Part shown: positions 8,347 through 18,555 of the stretch, in pieces
Layout: every line of letters begins with the position of its first letter
Numbering within the stretch: position 1 is the first letter of the stretch
Source: a candidate division WWE3 bacterium CG08_land_8_20_14_0_20_40_13
Lineage (GTDB): Bacteria; Patescibacteriota; WWE3; 0-14-0-20-40-13
Direction of reading: 5' to 3'
NCBI GenBank assembly: GCA_002774285.1
Contig: PEYT01000004.1
Coordinates: forward strand, 4,345 to 68,344
DNA length: 64,000 nucleotides
Position numbers and translations under genes: made by a program
The notes under the pieces: model-generated
What the model saw: the letters and a program-made list of their open reading frames with translations, nothing else
Told to the model about the DNA's origin: nothing
Database searches by the model: none

Positions 8347-8973
8347 ATGCGAAAGGAAATAGAAATTATAGAAATATTAAAAAAGCAAAGACCCGATGCT
8401 GTTTCAGAATTAAGTTGGATAACGCCTTTGGATTTTATGGTGGCGGTAATTCTTTCGGCGCAGGCGACAGATAAAGGTGTTAACAAGATTACCCCGAGAC
8501 TCTTTGAGAAATATAAAGCCGTTAATGATTATCTTAAGATATCGCTTGAAGAATTAGAGAAAGATATATCGTCGATTAACTTTTTTAGGACGAAAGCCAA
8601 AAGGATCAAAGAGGCCTGTAATGTCATCATGAATAAGTTTCATGGGAAAATTCCGCAAACAATGGAAGAATTATTGACGATTCCCGGACTTGGAAGAAAA
8701 AGCGCCAATGTCATTTTGATAAATGTTTTTGATAAAATTGAAGGTGTTGTAGTGGACACTCATATCACTAGAGTTTCTCAAAGATTGGGATTAACAAAAG
8801 AGAAAGACGCGGTAAAAATCGAAAGGGATTTAATGAAAATTTATCCCAAAATATATTGGGCAGCCGTCTCGCATTTGTTTGTGCTCCACGGGAGATATGT
8901 TTGTAAATCCAGAAAGCCGGATTGCGTGGGGTGTTTAATTAACAAGTATTGTCCTTGGTACAGGCCGAATTAA
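8347..8973 (+). CDS. nth: Endonuclease III
   Basis: LSAQATD, HhH PGLGRKSAN, VDTH, C-x6-C-x2-C-x5-C cluster. Confidence 0.95.
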   Translation: MRKEIEIIEILKKQRPDAVSELSWITPLDFMVAVILSAQATDKGVNKITPRLFEKYKAVNDYLKISLEELEKDISSINFFRTKAKRIKEACNVIMNKFHGKIPQTMEELLTIPGLGRKSANVILINVFDKIEGVVVDTHITRVSQRLGLTKEKDAVKIERDLMKIYPKIYWAAVSHLFVLHGRYVCKSRKPDCVGCLINKYCPWYRPN

Positions 8974-8975
8974 AT

Positions 8976-9803
8976 ATGCTCACACCATCAGTTTCGGGTA
9001 TTTTAATATCGATTGGAATTTTAATCGCCATGCTTTTTTCCGAGTATTTATTAAGTACACATCCGCAGGAAAAAAGAATAGGGAACAAAAGATTAAAAGC
9101 CACCGACCGCGATATATTAAGATCGCTGATTACTATCGTTCCATTTTCTCTTGTTGGAGCAAGGTTGTACCATGCCGTTAACTATTGGAATTACTATACG
9201 AATAATCCTTTGGAGATATTAAAAACATGGAATGGGGGAATGGGATTTTACGGAGCTCTGTTAGGCGGGATTCTTGCTTTTTTGGTATTCTCGTTTATCA
9301 AAAGAGCCCCCGTTTTTAAATTCCGCTTTATTGTAATTTCTGACTTTTTATTTTTATCTCTGCCTTTGGCCTATGCCATTGGTCGTTGGGAAAGTTTTAT
9401 AACGCGCGATATCGTGGGAATTCCTACAAAAGTTCCGTGGGCGATTAGTGTTCCGTTTGCCTTTCGTCCTCAAGGATTTAAACTATACGATTCGTTTCAC
9501 CCTGTTTTTTTATACGAATCGTTTCTATGTTTGCTTTTGTTCCTTGGTTTATACTTTGTCTTTAGGTTTGTCAAAAGGTGGAAAGCCGATGGTTCCATTT
9601 CTCTCTTGTTTTTGCTTGGTTACTCTTTAATTCGTCTAGTTACTGAATCGATGAGAATTGGGATCTGGAAGATTGGTATTTATCCTACTGCTTCAATAAT
9701 CTCTATAACAATCCTTATTGTTTCAATAATACTTCTTGTCAAAATGTATCACCACCATTTCGCGAAGTTTTTCAGAAAAAGAATTAGGGCAACATCCCTT
9801 TAA
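8976..9803 (+). CDS. lgt: Prolipoprotein diacylglyceryl transferase-like (degenerate signature)
   Basis: GARLYH, WNGGMGFYGA, HPVFLYE, multi-TM. Confidence 0.8.
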   Translation: MLTPSVSGILISIGILIAMLFSEYLLSTHPQEKRIGNKRLKATDRDILRSLITIVPFSLVGARLYHAVNYWNYYTNNPLEILKTWNGGMGFYGALLGGILAFLVFSFIKRAPVFKFRFIVISDFLFLSLPLAYAIGRWESFITRDIVGIPTKVPWAISVPFAFRPQGFKLYDSFHPVFLYESFLCLLLFLGLYFVFRFVKRWKADGSISLLFLLGYSLIRLVTESMRIGIWKIGIYPTASIISITILIVSIILLVKMYHHHFAKFFRKRIRATSL

Positions 9804-10388
9804 GGGCACCGCCCTATTAGGATTTTGTCTAAGAAGGTACTTTAAGCAAGAGCGTTGGCGGCGAGCGGCCCATTTTATGATAAGCCAAACCAAAAGGGGT
9901 TGACCGCGTTTTTCAAGACGCATTGTTCCAATATCAATAAATCCTAAATTGTTTTCCGGAGTTACGACAATATTTCCCACGCGGTCTTTATTTCCTAAAA
10001 ACAAACTCCAAGCACCAAAAAAATCCCAAGAGATTTTTTCTTTATCTTCCATGAGTTGGTTTAATTGGATCAATTTGACGAATTGGTCTTTGAGCTTTTG
10101 ATCGACCAGATCGCTTTTATGTAAAATCCTGCCCTCAACAAATTTCTGAAGTAAATCGAAAGATTTCTCATTATCTTTTACAATTACATGTACCTCAGGT
10201 AAAAAATCCTTAAAGTATTTTTTAAGAATTGGAAAATCCTCTACAACCTCTTTTACATATTTTTCTTTTCCAAGCCTAATTCTTATTCCAATTGGGGATT
10301 TTAAGAGATATCCCTCGTCGTATTTACGGATTAAATTTTCACCGCCGACTGCAAAAACTGGACCGATCTTTGAAGGATCAATTTGCAT
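9723..10388 (-). CDS. Hypothetical protein with kinase-like motifs
   Basis: GGEN, LLK, QKFVEG, NI.V...FIDIG pattern. Confidence 0.55.
   Translation of the reverse strand: MQIDPSKIGPVFAVGGENLIRKYDEGYLLKSPIGIRIRLGKEKYVKEVVEDFPILKKYFKDFLPEVHVIVKDNEKSFDLLQKFVEGRILHKSDLVDQKLKDQFVKLIQLNQLMEDKEKISWDFFGAWSLFLGNKDRVGNIVVTPENNLGFIDIGTMRLEKRGQPLLVWLIIKWAARRQRSCLKYLLRQNPNRAVPLKGCCPNSFSEKLREMVVIHFDKKYY
9785..9816. repeat. Palindromic element, GGGCAGTGCCC type (degenerate)
   Basis: TAGGGCAACATCCC-TTTAA-GGGCACCGCCCTA. Confidence 0.7.
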
Positions 10389-10395
10389 ATGAAAC

Positions 10396-10424
10396 GGGAC
10401 ACTACCCCGAAAGGGGCAGTGCCC
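10396..10424. repeat. Palindromic element, GGGCAGTGCCC type
   Basis: GGGACACTACCCC-GAAA-GGGGCAGTGCCC. Confidence 0.8.
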
Positions 10425-10447
10425 AGATGCTGTAAAATTCTCCGATC

Positions 10448-12655
10448 TTAAATTGATTGATGTTTCCTACCAAAACCCAATGAGCGCATTTTTAGTCTCA
10501 CAAGCCCAAAAATCACCATCAAAAGAGGTACGCCGACAAGGTTTCCGTATTTAACGGCGTTTTTCTCCGTTTCACTTTTAAATACCAAGGGCGATGGTAT
10601 ACTGGATTTTGCTCTTATGGCTACAAATCCTTTGTCGTTTGTGGCCAGATCAAAAAGATTTAAGGCAAAAGAAGAATTTGCCCCATAAAAATCTTTGGTA
10701 ATCATATCGTCGTTTGATATTACGATAACCTTCCCTCCGCTTTGATTTTCAGCTAGAACAGCGACACTTCTTTCTTTAAGATTGCTCTTGGAAAAATTTT
10801 TGTTGGGGGAAACATCAATTGTTGTTCCTTCGTCACTTCCAGCCGAGGACGAAGATTTTGCGATGACGGTTTGCTTTATTCCTTCCACATTCTTAAGTTC
10901 CAAATCGCTTCCCCAAGCAGTAAGAACAGGAGCGATATTTCCAAGTAAATTCTTTCCCTCTCCCGTCAAGGTAACTCTTGCAAAGTATGGGTAGGGAAGA
11001 ACATAAGTAAAGAATCCTTGGTTAAGGTTGATTCTCTCGTTGTTTTGCAAATCAAAAATAAGGTCTTTGTTCAACGAAATCCCGTATGGAGCTAGCGTGT
11101 CATCAATATTATTTTTATTTTCGGTAGGGGATAGGGTAGAAATCGATATATCATAAGAATCTCCAAAAACGATAAGCGCTTTTCCGGAGTCGACAAACTT
11201 TTTAATTTTCTCGTTTGTTCCGCTATCCAGCGGTTCCTTTGGGCCGGCAAGGACTAAAATGTCTGTATCAACCGGTATTATTTTTTCTTCCTTATCTTTT
11301 GGTTCTTTAACAAGTGACAGGGTGGTCGCTTGGTAGTATTTGGAAAGTTCGTCGCGGAATGTTGCCAAATCGGAATAAAGTCCAAGGCTTTTTGCGTCCT
11401 GTAAAAACGCCACTTTTTTGTTTGATCCACCAGATACTCTCTTAACTAAGGTAATCGTTTGATATTCTAATCCCTCTGTGGATTCCAAAAAGGCGATCGG
11501 TTCCTTATCCTCTCCGTTTTTGGCAACTATTCCCAAAAGTCCTTTTTTGGCTTGAAATTCATCATTTCTTACCGTGTTAAATTGCACTGGGGTTATCCCG
11601 TCGCTTAATGCGTTTTGCTCTTCTTCGGGAGAACTGGTTTCTTTATATTCTATTTTAAGCTTGTTTCCGGGAACCATGGAAAAATCCTTTAGTAGGTCCA
11701 TAAGGGCATCTTTTCTTTCGGCAAATTCTGGCGGAAGTTCTTTGGAATAATAAAAAACCAATAGGGTATTGCCATCCAATTTCCGCAAAATATCTTTGGT
11801 CGTTGGAGAAAGTGTATATACCTTATCGCGGGTTAGATCTAGGCGTATAAAAAGAGGTTTGACAAAGAAATTTAAAAGAACAACTCCAGCAAAAAGGGCC
11901 GCGACCGTTGTTTTAAGAGTGTAGGACAAAAACCTGCTACCTTTGGAAATTCGTCCTTGGGAAAGAATAAAAGCACTTAGGGCCAGAAAGAAAAGTGAGA
12001 AGCTTATAAAATATATTGCATCTCTTAAATCCAGAACCCCTTTATCAAATGAATTGATGCGGGAGAACGCGCCAAAAGAAGAAACGATGGAAGCGAAAAA
12101 CGGGGGAAGCCCCATGGTAACGGAATCCGATCCCAAAAGAACAAAAGAGATAATGGTCACGAGGGATATTACAAACGCCACGATCTGATTATCGGTAAGC
12201 GTGGAAATAAGAACACCGATAGAAACAAAAAGCATTCCAAGAAAAGCAAGTCCCAAATACGATGTTAAGACAACACCCCAATCAAATTTCCCGTATAGGG
12301 AAAGGGAAGTCGGAATAGTTAAAGTAATGGCGATCATCAAAAGATAAATAAAGAATGTGCCGACAAATTTTCCAATGATAAATTGTAACGGGGAAACAGG
12401 GGCAGTAATAACAGTTTCCAAGGTTTTGTTGCTTTTTTCTCCGGCCACTGTTGCCATAGTTAAAGCCGGGATGATTACGGCAAGAAGCATCGGGATATTT
12501 AAAGTGTATGGGCGAACAGAGGCGTAGCCAGAAAGAAATATCTGGCGGAAAAATAAAAAGTAAGAAACCCCAATAAAAGCGACAAAGAATATGTAACCTA
12601 CGGGCTGGTTAAAGAAGTTTAAGAACTCTCTTTTTGCTATAGTTAGGATTTTCAT
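10448..12655 (-). CDS. ABC-2 permease fused to GldG-type auxiliary domain (GldF-GldG-like)
   Basis: IAKRE, ~7 TM permease, DLT..K.YTLS..T, LAGP, C-terminal TM. Confidence 0.85.
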   Translation of the reverse strand: MKILTIAKREFLNFFNQPVGYIFFVAFIGVSYFLFFRQIFLSGYASVRPYTLNIPMLLAVIIPALTMATVAGEKSNKTLETVITAPVSPLQFIIGKFVGTFFIYLLMIAITLTIPTSLSLYGKFDWGVVLTSYLGLAFLGMLFVSIGVLISTLTDNQIVAFVISLVTIISFVLLGSDSVTMGLPPFFASIVSSFGAFSRINSFDKGVLDLRDAIYFISFSLFFLALSAFILSQGRISKGSRFLSYTLKTTVAALFAGVVLLNFFVKPLFIRLDLTRDKVYTLSPTTKDILRKLDGNTLLVFYYSKELPPEFAERKDALMDLLKDFSMVPGNKLKIEYKETSSPEEEQNALSDGITPVQFNTVRNDEFQAKKGLLGIVAKNGEDKEPIAFLESTEGLEYQTITLVKRVSGGSNKKVAFLQDAKSLGLYSDLATFRDELSKYYQATTLSLVKEPKDKEEKIIPVDTDILVLAGPKEPLDSGTNEKIKKFVDSGKALIVFGDSYDISISTLSPTENKNNIDDTLAPYGISLNKDLIFDLQNNERINLNQGFFTYVLPYPYFARVTLTGEGKNLLGNIAPVLTAWGSDLELKNVEGIKQTVIAKSSSSAGSDEGTTIDVSPNKNFSKSNLKERSVAVLAENQSGGKVIVISNDDMITKDFYGANSSFALNLFDLATNDKGFVAIRAKSSIPSPLVFKSETEKNAVKYGNLVGVPLLMVIFGLVRLKMRSLGFGRKHQSI

Positions 12656-13521
12656 GTGGTTAGTTCTTTAAACACTTCATTCAAAGACTTTTTCTTTAAA
12701 TAAATTTCATATAACTCCCACTTATTTTTTGCAACAAGCTTCGTAATATCTGAACGAAGGTCTTTATTCTCTTTTGAGTGGATTAAGTAAGCACCGTCTT
12801 CCAATTTTTCTACATCGGAAACACCCTTTAGGAGTTTTAGGGATTTTATGATGTCTTTTCCATCAACTTTTACATAGATCGAAGTTCCTTGCCCAACCTC
12901 CAGTTTTTTAACTGGGGAATCGGCAACAATTTCTCCTTTGTTTATTATGATCACTCTCTCGCAGGTTTTTTGTACCTCATCTAATACATGGCTACTTAAC
13001 AAAACTGTTTTTTCCTTTCCAATTTGCTTAATTAAATTTCTAATATCTTCCCTTTGGTTTGGATCAAGTCCTTCGGTTGGTTCATCAAGTATTAATAAAT
13101 CGGGGTTGCCAAGGAGAGCTTGGGCAAGACCTACTCGTTGGCGGAACCCTTTGGAAAGAGTAGCAATTTCTTTGTAGAAGATTTCCTCAATAAATGTTTT
13201 TTTAACTACCTCCTCGATAGCATTTTTTAGATCTTTAACACCTTTTAGGTTTCCCACATAATTAAGATACTCTTCGCATGTTAAGTTTTGGTAAAGGGGG
13301 TTATTTTCCGGAAGATACCCTAAAAGAGCCTTGTCGCTTATAGATATGTTTCCTTCATCGGCGGTGTAGAATCCTGTTATTACCCGCATGCAGGTGGTTT
13401 TTCCGGCGCCATTTGGTCCAAGTAATCCTACAACTTCCCCGTGATCAATGGAAAAGGATACATTATCCAAGGCAACCGTACCCCCAAACTTTTTTGTGAC
13501 ATTTTCTACTTTAAGCACCAT
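12652..13521 (-). CDS. ABC transporter ATP-binding protein (GldA-like)
   Basis: GPNGAGKTT, LSKGFRQRVGLAQAL, LDEPT, SSH. Confidence 0.92.
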   Translation of the reverse strand: MVLKVENVTKKFGGTVALDNVSFSIDHGEVVGLLGPNGAGKTTCMRVITGFYTADEGNISISDKALLGYLPENNPLYQNLTCEEYLNYVGNLKGVKDLKNAIEEVVKKTFIEEIFYKEIATLSKGFRQRVGLAQALLGNPDLLILDEPTEGLDPNQREDIRNLIKQIGKEKTVLLSSHVLDEVQKTCERVIIINKGEIVADSPVKKLEVGQGTSIYVKVDGKDIIKSLKLLKGVSDVEKLEDGAYLIHSKENKDLRSDITKLVAKNKWELYEIYLKKKSLNEVFKELTT

Positions 13522-13565
13522 ACAGTATTAGTTTATAAACGAATTTTAATCGTTTTTCAAGAGCC

Positions 13566-14759
13566 TTAATTGCATGCATCTCCTCTTTCCAAAACAAAAG
13601 GCGGAAGGCCGGGGATCTTTTCTATTTCTTGAAGCACTTTATATTGCGGGTAAGGTTTTTCATCTTTATCTAGAAACGAGAAATGGTCATTCGGAGCGGG
13701 ATACTTAATTGTAAAGGGCGCTACCGCGACGATTCTTTGATCGGGAAGCCAGATCTCTCTAAAAGCGATTTTGTAGAATTCCGCGACGGTCTCTTTGGAA
13801 AAATATTTAGTATTTTCATCTTCTCCCTCCTTGTGTGCCCAGCCTGTCTCGGTAATAAATATCGGAGGATCCTTAACATTAAAGTGCTTTGCCAAAAGCG
13901 CAAGTTCCCACTCGTAAGCCTTTATGGAATCTCTTCCGGAACTGTATGGACTTCCCCTATATTCCGGTTGGGGATAGGGGTGGGAGGCCCAGCCGTCCAG
14001 CTTTTTAAAAATTCCGGGGACAGCCTTGTCCATTTTAAGCAAAAACTCCTCTTCGTCAATATATCCCGGTCCGCTTCTTGCCGAAGCATTAAACGCTCCA
14101 TTTAGCATAAAAAAGTTTGGGTTAACTCTTTTAAAGGAATCAATCGTCGCTGACAATATTTCGGCGTATGCTATAGGATCAGCTTTACCCCGCCAAAATC
14201 TATCATCATTCACCTCGTTATAAACGCTAATGTAACGGTTTTTTGTAGGCCACGGGAGGGAGTTTAAGAAATAAGCTGATTGGGCGATTTGTTCCTCCTG
14301 CTCTTTTTTGGTCAGATCCCAAAGTTGGATAATAGGGATCAAATGTTTTTGGTTTAGAAGTTCGAATATTTTGGTCCATTTGGACGCTTCGTAATCTTTT
14401 ACATTTATGGGAAGAAGAACATATCCCCAATCGCCCCCGTTTGAGTTGACCATGTCACCGGCGTATTCCACATAATCCACCTCGGCGTAAATATACAAAC
14501 CAAACTTGTTGTTTTGGTAACCAATGTTTTGTTGAGGATTTCCAAGATTTCCGTTATATGTCATGGGTTTATCAAAGCAAGGCTTTTTAAAAATTCCGGA
14601 AGGGAGGTTTTGAATATCAAGGTTTTTTACGACAGATGGTTTCCCACTAATGGAAGGGGGGGAGAAAAGATTAAGAAACAAGGGCCTCTCAAGTGCGACA
14701 GTCAATGTAGCTGTCAAAAGGAGCGCAATAACGGTCAGGAAAAGAGTGGTTTTACGCAT
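13566..14759 (-). CDS. Exported clan GH-A glycoside hydrolase-like protein
   Basis: Signal/TM, NEVN acid-base motif, SHPYP, ITETGW nucleophile motif. Confidence 0.75.
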   Translation of the reverse strand: MRKTTLFLTVIALLLTATLTVALERPLFLNLFSPPSISGKPSVVKNLDIQNLPSGIFKKPCFDKPMTYNGNLGNPQQNIGYQNNKFGLYIYAEVDYVEYAGDMVNSNGGDWGYVLLPINVKDYEASKWTKIFELLNQKHLIPIIQLWDLTKKEQEEQIAQSAYFLNSLPWPTKNRYISVYNEVNDDRFWRGKADPIAYAEILSATIDSFKRVNPNFFMLNGAFNASARSGPGYIDEEEFLLKMDKAVPGIFKKLDGWASHPYPQPEYRGSPYSSGRDSIKAYEWELALLAKHFNVKDPPIFITETGWAHKEGEDENTKYFSKETVAEFYKIAFREIWLPDQRIVAVAPFTIKYPAPNDHFSFLDKDEKPYPQYKVLQEIEKIPGLPPFVLERGDACN

Positions 14760-14764
14760 TTGGA

Positions 14765-15556
14765 CTATTTAAGATATTTTTCTATGGTGGCTTCAAATAC
14801 CGACAGTGGTTGCGCACCGACTACAACCTCCCCTTGAATTTTTCCGGTGTCCGATGATTTTCCAATAAACGAGGTGGGGGTTCCACCAGCTCCGTAGGTT
14901 CCGGCTTCTGTTTTGTCGGCGAGAACTTCCTGTTTTTTATCTCCATTTTCCACACAAGTTTTAACTTTTGCAGAATCCGCACCAATTTGAGTGGCTAGCG
15001 CGTAAAGTTTTTCGTCTGTTATTCCCTGACCGTTTCCTGCGGAATTTTCAAAAAGCTTGCCATGAAATTTAAAGTAACCCTCATCTCCAAGTTGCGCCTT
15101 TACGCAGAGTGCCGCTTCTGCTTCTTTAGTTGCGGCGGGATCGTGAAAGGGAAGTGGGAGATTCCTAAAAACAAGCTTAACCTTTCCGGTGTCTATGTAT
15201 TTTGTCTTTAGTAGAGGCTCGGTTTCTAACGCGTGTCTTTTACAAAAAGGACACTCAAAATCGGCGAATTCCACAATGGTAACTGGTGCGTCTTTACTTC
15301 CAAGAACAGGGCTTTGACCTAGACTAACTTCCACAATGGAAGGTTGTTGTGGTTCTAGATTGTCAGGTTGCGTTGGGGTGGGGTTGTTAATGGTCGGCGC
15401 AGTGACCTCTTTTGCAAATTTAACACCTAGCATTTGGGGATTATCTTTGACCACAAGCCCTACCGCAACCAAAACCCCAGCCAGTAAAATTGCCATGGGA
15501 GTTAGATAGTTTGCTTTGGATTTTTGAGCAGTTTGAGTTGTTTGTTCGTCTGACAT
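14765..15556 (-). CDS. DsbA-family oxidoreductase
   Basis: TM anchor, EFADFECPFC, GTP, GAQP. Confidence 0.92.
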   Translation of the reverse strand: MSDEQTTQTAQKSKANYLTPMAILLAGVLVAVGLVVKDNPQMLGVKFAKEVTAPTINNPTPTQPDNLEPQQPSIVEVSLGQSPVLGSKDAPVTIVEFADFECPFCKRHALETEPLLKTKYIDTGKVKLVFRNLPLPFHDPAATKEAEAALCVKAQLGDEGYFKFHGKLFENSAGNGQGITDEKLYALATQIGADSAKVKTCVENGDKKQEVLADKTEAGTYGAGGTPTSFIGKSSDTGKIQGEVVVGAQPLSVFEATIEKYLK

Positions 15557-15653
15557 AGGGATTTTGTAAAATCGGAATAAATATTAAGTATGTGGATCAT
15601 ACTAGAAGTTAAATATTTTTTCCATAGGCTTTTTTTCTTGGTACAATGACACA

Positions 15654-16751
15654 ATGGCATATTCGTCTGGAGAGCAAAAACTTGCAAGGGTTATTTTAAA
15701 CCATTCCCTGTCAATTAAACCTCGCGAGAAAGTTTTGATTACTGCGGCAAATCTCGCATCGTATCCTTTGGCAAAGGAAGTTTTTGTAGAGGCGCTAAAA
15801 CTTGGTGCGTATCCTTTAATTGACGAAGCTAGTTTTCCCGGGCTTTCATACCAGTTTTTTTCTCTTGCCAACAACTGGCAATTAAACTATATTCCGCGGG
15901 AAATATTAAAAGCCAAAACGGAGTGGGCGGATGCCTATGTAAAAATATCTTCGCCGTTAAATTCCAAAGAATTAAATCAAATAGATTCAAAAAAGATTTT
16001 TGCCAGAGCGAAATTGACCAGACCTTTTGCTGATAAAATTATTGATTCCGACCGGTGGTTGTATACCGAATACCCAACGCCTTCAATGGCTCAAGATGCC
16101 GGGGTGTCTTTGGATTGGTTAATGGATTTTTACTTTAACGCCTGCCTTGTGGATTACAATAAAATGGAAAAAGAACTTTTGGCCTTGGAAAAGGTTTTAG
16201 ACAAAGGTCACCTTGTAAGAGTTGTTGGAAAGGATACAGATATCTCGTTTTCCGTTAAGGGAAGATTGGCCAAGGCATGTTTTGGCGAAAGAAACCTTCC
16301 GGACGGCGAAGTTTTTTCTGCTCCCGTTACGAGAACTGCCGAAGGCAGGATATATTTTGAATTTTCCGCGGAATATTTTGGAAAAGATGTCGAGGGAATT
16401 TACTTGGAGTTTAAAAAGGGTAGAGTAGTAAAGGCAAAAGCAGAAATGGGCGAAGAAATTTTAAATGAAGTTTTATCAAGCGATGCTGGAGCTAAATCTC
16501 TTGGGGAGTTTGCCATTGGTGCAAATTACAATATAAAAGTCGGGATGAAAAATGCTTTATTCGATGAAAAAATTGGCGGCACTGTTCATTTGGCTCTTGG
16601 GCGGTCATATAAAGAGGAGCGTGGTGGCGCACCAAGTTTTGGTAATGATTCCGCAGTCCATTGGGACTTAGTTAAAGACACAAGGACAAAAGGATCTTAT
16701 GTTGAACTGGACGGAAAGAAAATCTTAGTTGGCGGCAAAATTCTTTTGTAG
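15654..16751 (+). CDS. Aminopeptidase, M29 family
   Basis: NLPDGEVF, GEFAIG, LFDEKIGGTVHLALG, SAVHWD. Confidence 0.92.
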   Translation: MAYSSGEQKLARVILNHSLSIKPREKVLITAANLASYPLAKEVFVEALKLGAYPLIDEASFPGLSYQFFSLANNWQLNYIPREILKAKTEWADAYVKISSPLNSKELNQIDSKKIFARAKLTRPFADKIIDSDRWLYTEYPTPSMAQDAGVSLDWLMDFYFNACLVDYNKMEKELLALEKVLDKGHLVRVVGKDTDISFSVKGRLAKACFGERNLPDGEVFSAPVTRTAEGRIYFEFSAEYFGKDVEGIYLEFKKGRVVKAKAEMGEEILNEVLSSDAGAKSLGEFAIGANYNIKVGMKNALFDEKIGGTVHLALGRSYKEERGGAPSFGNDSAVHWDLVKDTRTKGSYVELDGKKILVGGKILL

Positions 16752-18146
16752 ATAACAGTACCATCATTTCTGTAGATTTCTTGGTACCCATATTTTTCTG
16801 GGTCGTCTTTCATTTCTAGATCAATAAATGTTCCAATGCTGACGAATATATAATTGGTTTGAAGAACCTCCAATTTTGTATTCCAGCTATCTTGCGCTTG
16901 CAAAATCTCAAGCCATGCCTGGTATGAGTTTTTTCCCTTCTCGGACTGCCATGCTGGCATCCTTCCGTCAATAAAAACTTTGGAATTTGGTATCTTCCAG
17001 TCTAAGAAACCCCCCCCATTCATACATATTAAAAATGTTCCCGCGGAAATCCTTTGCAAATTCAGTTGCTTTGCAAGGCAGTCTTACATACCCAGTTTCA
17101 CAATATACCCCCCAATTTGTAGAAAAATTGACTACTTTGTAGATATTTCCTGGAGTCGAAAGAACAATAAGAAAAACAATAATGGAGCAGGTCGTGATTT
17201 TAATTTGGGGATGTTCCAAGATACGGTTTAATTTTGGAAGATCCATTGGGAAGAGCGCAATGATGGACAGATAGAAAATTGGAAGGTTGCGTCGGGCTTT
17301 TAGTGCCAAAATTGCAAAAAAGATAATTGTTAGAATTTCGAAAGCACTGGTTTTGTGACTCTTTAAATACTTTACAGTGTAAAACAGCGATATCACTACT
17401 GCGAAAATAATAACAAATAAAGAATGGGGAAAAATTGTCGGTACCCATTCCGCTATAGAATTTTCCAATCCTCTGGTAGCGTGTCTTAGCACTTCTACCC
17501 ATACCCGCCAAAAGAATGGATTTACTAAAGTGGCAATAATTGTGCTTAAAAAAAGGGAGAACGAGAACAAGCTTTTTCTTGACCCTTCCAAAAAGAGTTT
17601 AGAGAGAAAAAAGAATAAAACAAGAACAGGCCCCAAGAAGAATCCTGCATGACTATTAGTTCAGATAATCATGAGGGGAATTATTATAATTTGTTTGGGT
17701 TCCCTGACTCTCTTTAGTATGAAGATGAATAAAGCCACAAAAAACATTGTTAAAAATTGGGAGCGGAATCCTAAAGATAGGACGGACCATGAGAAAAAAA
17801 TAGCCAAATAGCAAAGAGAAATTCTGGCAATAAAAGGTCCCCGGTTGGTAAAAAATGCTAAAAGAATTGTGCTAGCAGAAATAAAGGCTCCGACAATACT
17901 TAAGCCAAGAAAACCGTTTAAGGAAAAAATTATGGCTACAAGAGCATCATAGAGAAACGACGAGTAGGCCCATTTAAAATCTGGCAAAAAATAAGAATAA
18001 TGGTTTTTTATACATAAATTTCCGTTAAATAGATCTTGTCCGCATCTTAAATGCCAGCCAAAATCGTTGTCAGCGTGGGGGAGAAAGAAAATTAGAAGGA
18101 GAGAAAGAACAAATATTGCAAAAGAGGCGATCTTAATTTTACTCAT
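16697..18146 (-). pseudogene. Multi-TM membrane (GT-C-like) protein with in-frame TGA and a poly-G frameshift
   Basis: DNDFGWHLRCG; I-I-*-TNSHAGF (TGA 17661-17663 where Trp is expected); YEWGG then G8 run (17010-17017) shifts into FLDWKIP..VFIDGR. Confidence 0.75.
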
Positions 18147-18166
18147 TACCCAATTGTATAGGATTT

Positions 18167-18498
18167 CGCAGGAAGCGAGTAAGCCAGATTCTGTTTTAGA
18201 CCTCAATCTATCTACGCTCCATCTTTCTGCCCATGTTGCTAAAAGCCAGCTTTTGAGGGCATATTCGTGGATTGCTACTGGTGGGATTGCCCGTTTCATA
18301 CCTTCGACATGCTTTCGCGAAGTCAAAGGGTCGTCTCTGTTGCTCTCAAGTCCTGTTAATTCAGAACTTGTTTTCCGCGCCTTTCGGTACGGGAACGCCA
18401 GCGGTTTTAACCGTCGGGGCTTGCGCCCCGTCCCATGCTTTTTTGTGTAGTCTGGACTTTCCTCCCGCCGTAGGCGGGTAGAGGCCCTGCTTCCTGCG
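18167..18498 (-). ncRNA. rnpB: RNase P RNA
   Basis: Minus strand GAGGAAAGTCCAGACT and AACAGAATCTGGCTTA (P4 halves); P1 CGCAGGAAGC/GCTTCCTGCG. Confidence 0.93.
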
Positions 18499-18555
18499 GA
18501 GTTATTTTAGCACAGTTTTGTTGTTGGTACGAGGATCAGACCCCAAACCTGATTT

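Noticed and set aside
10448-13521. Gliding motility system
   Set aside because: GldA/F/G-like ABC modules are widespread in non-gliding bacteria and no other gld/spr genes are present
17661-17663. UGA recoding (genetic code 4/25 or selenocysteine)
   Set aside because: TGA terminates lemA, secD, secF and tuf at expected positions, no other conserved gene here has an internal TGA, and the same gene also carries a frameshift
18067-18481. ORFs 18067-18450, 18272-18481 and the N-terminal extension of 17661-18326
   Set aside because: They overlap the RNase P RNA gene
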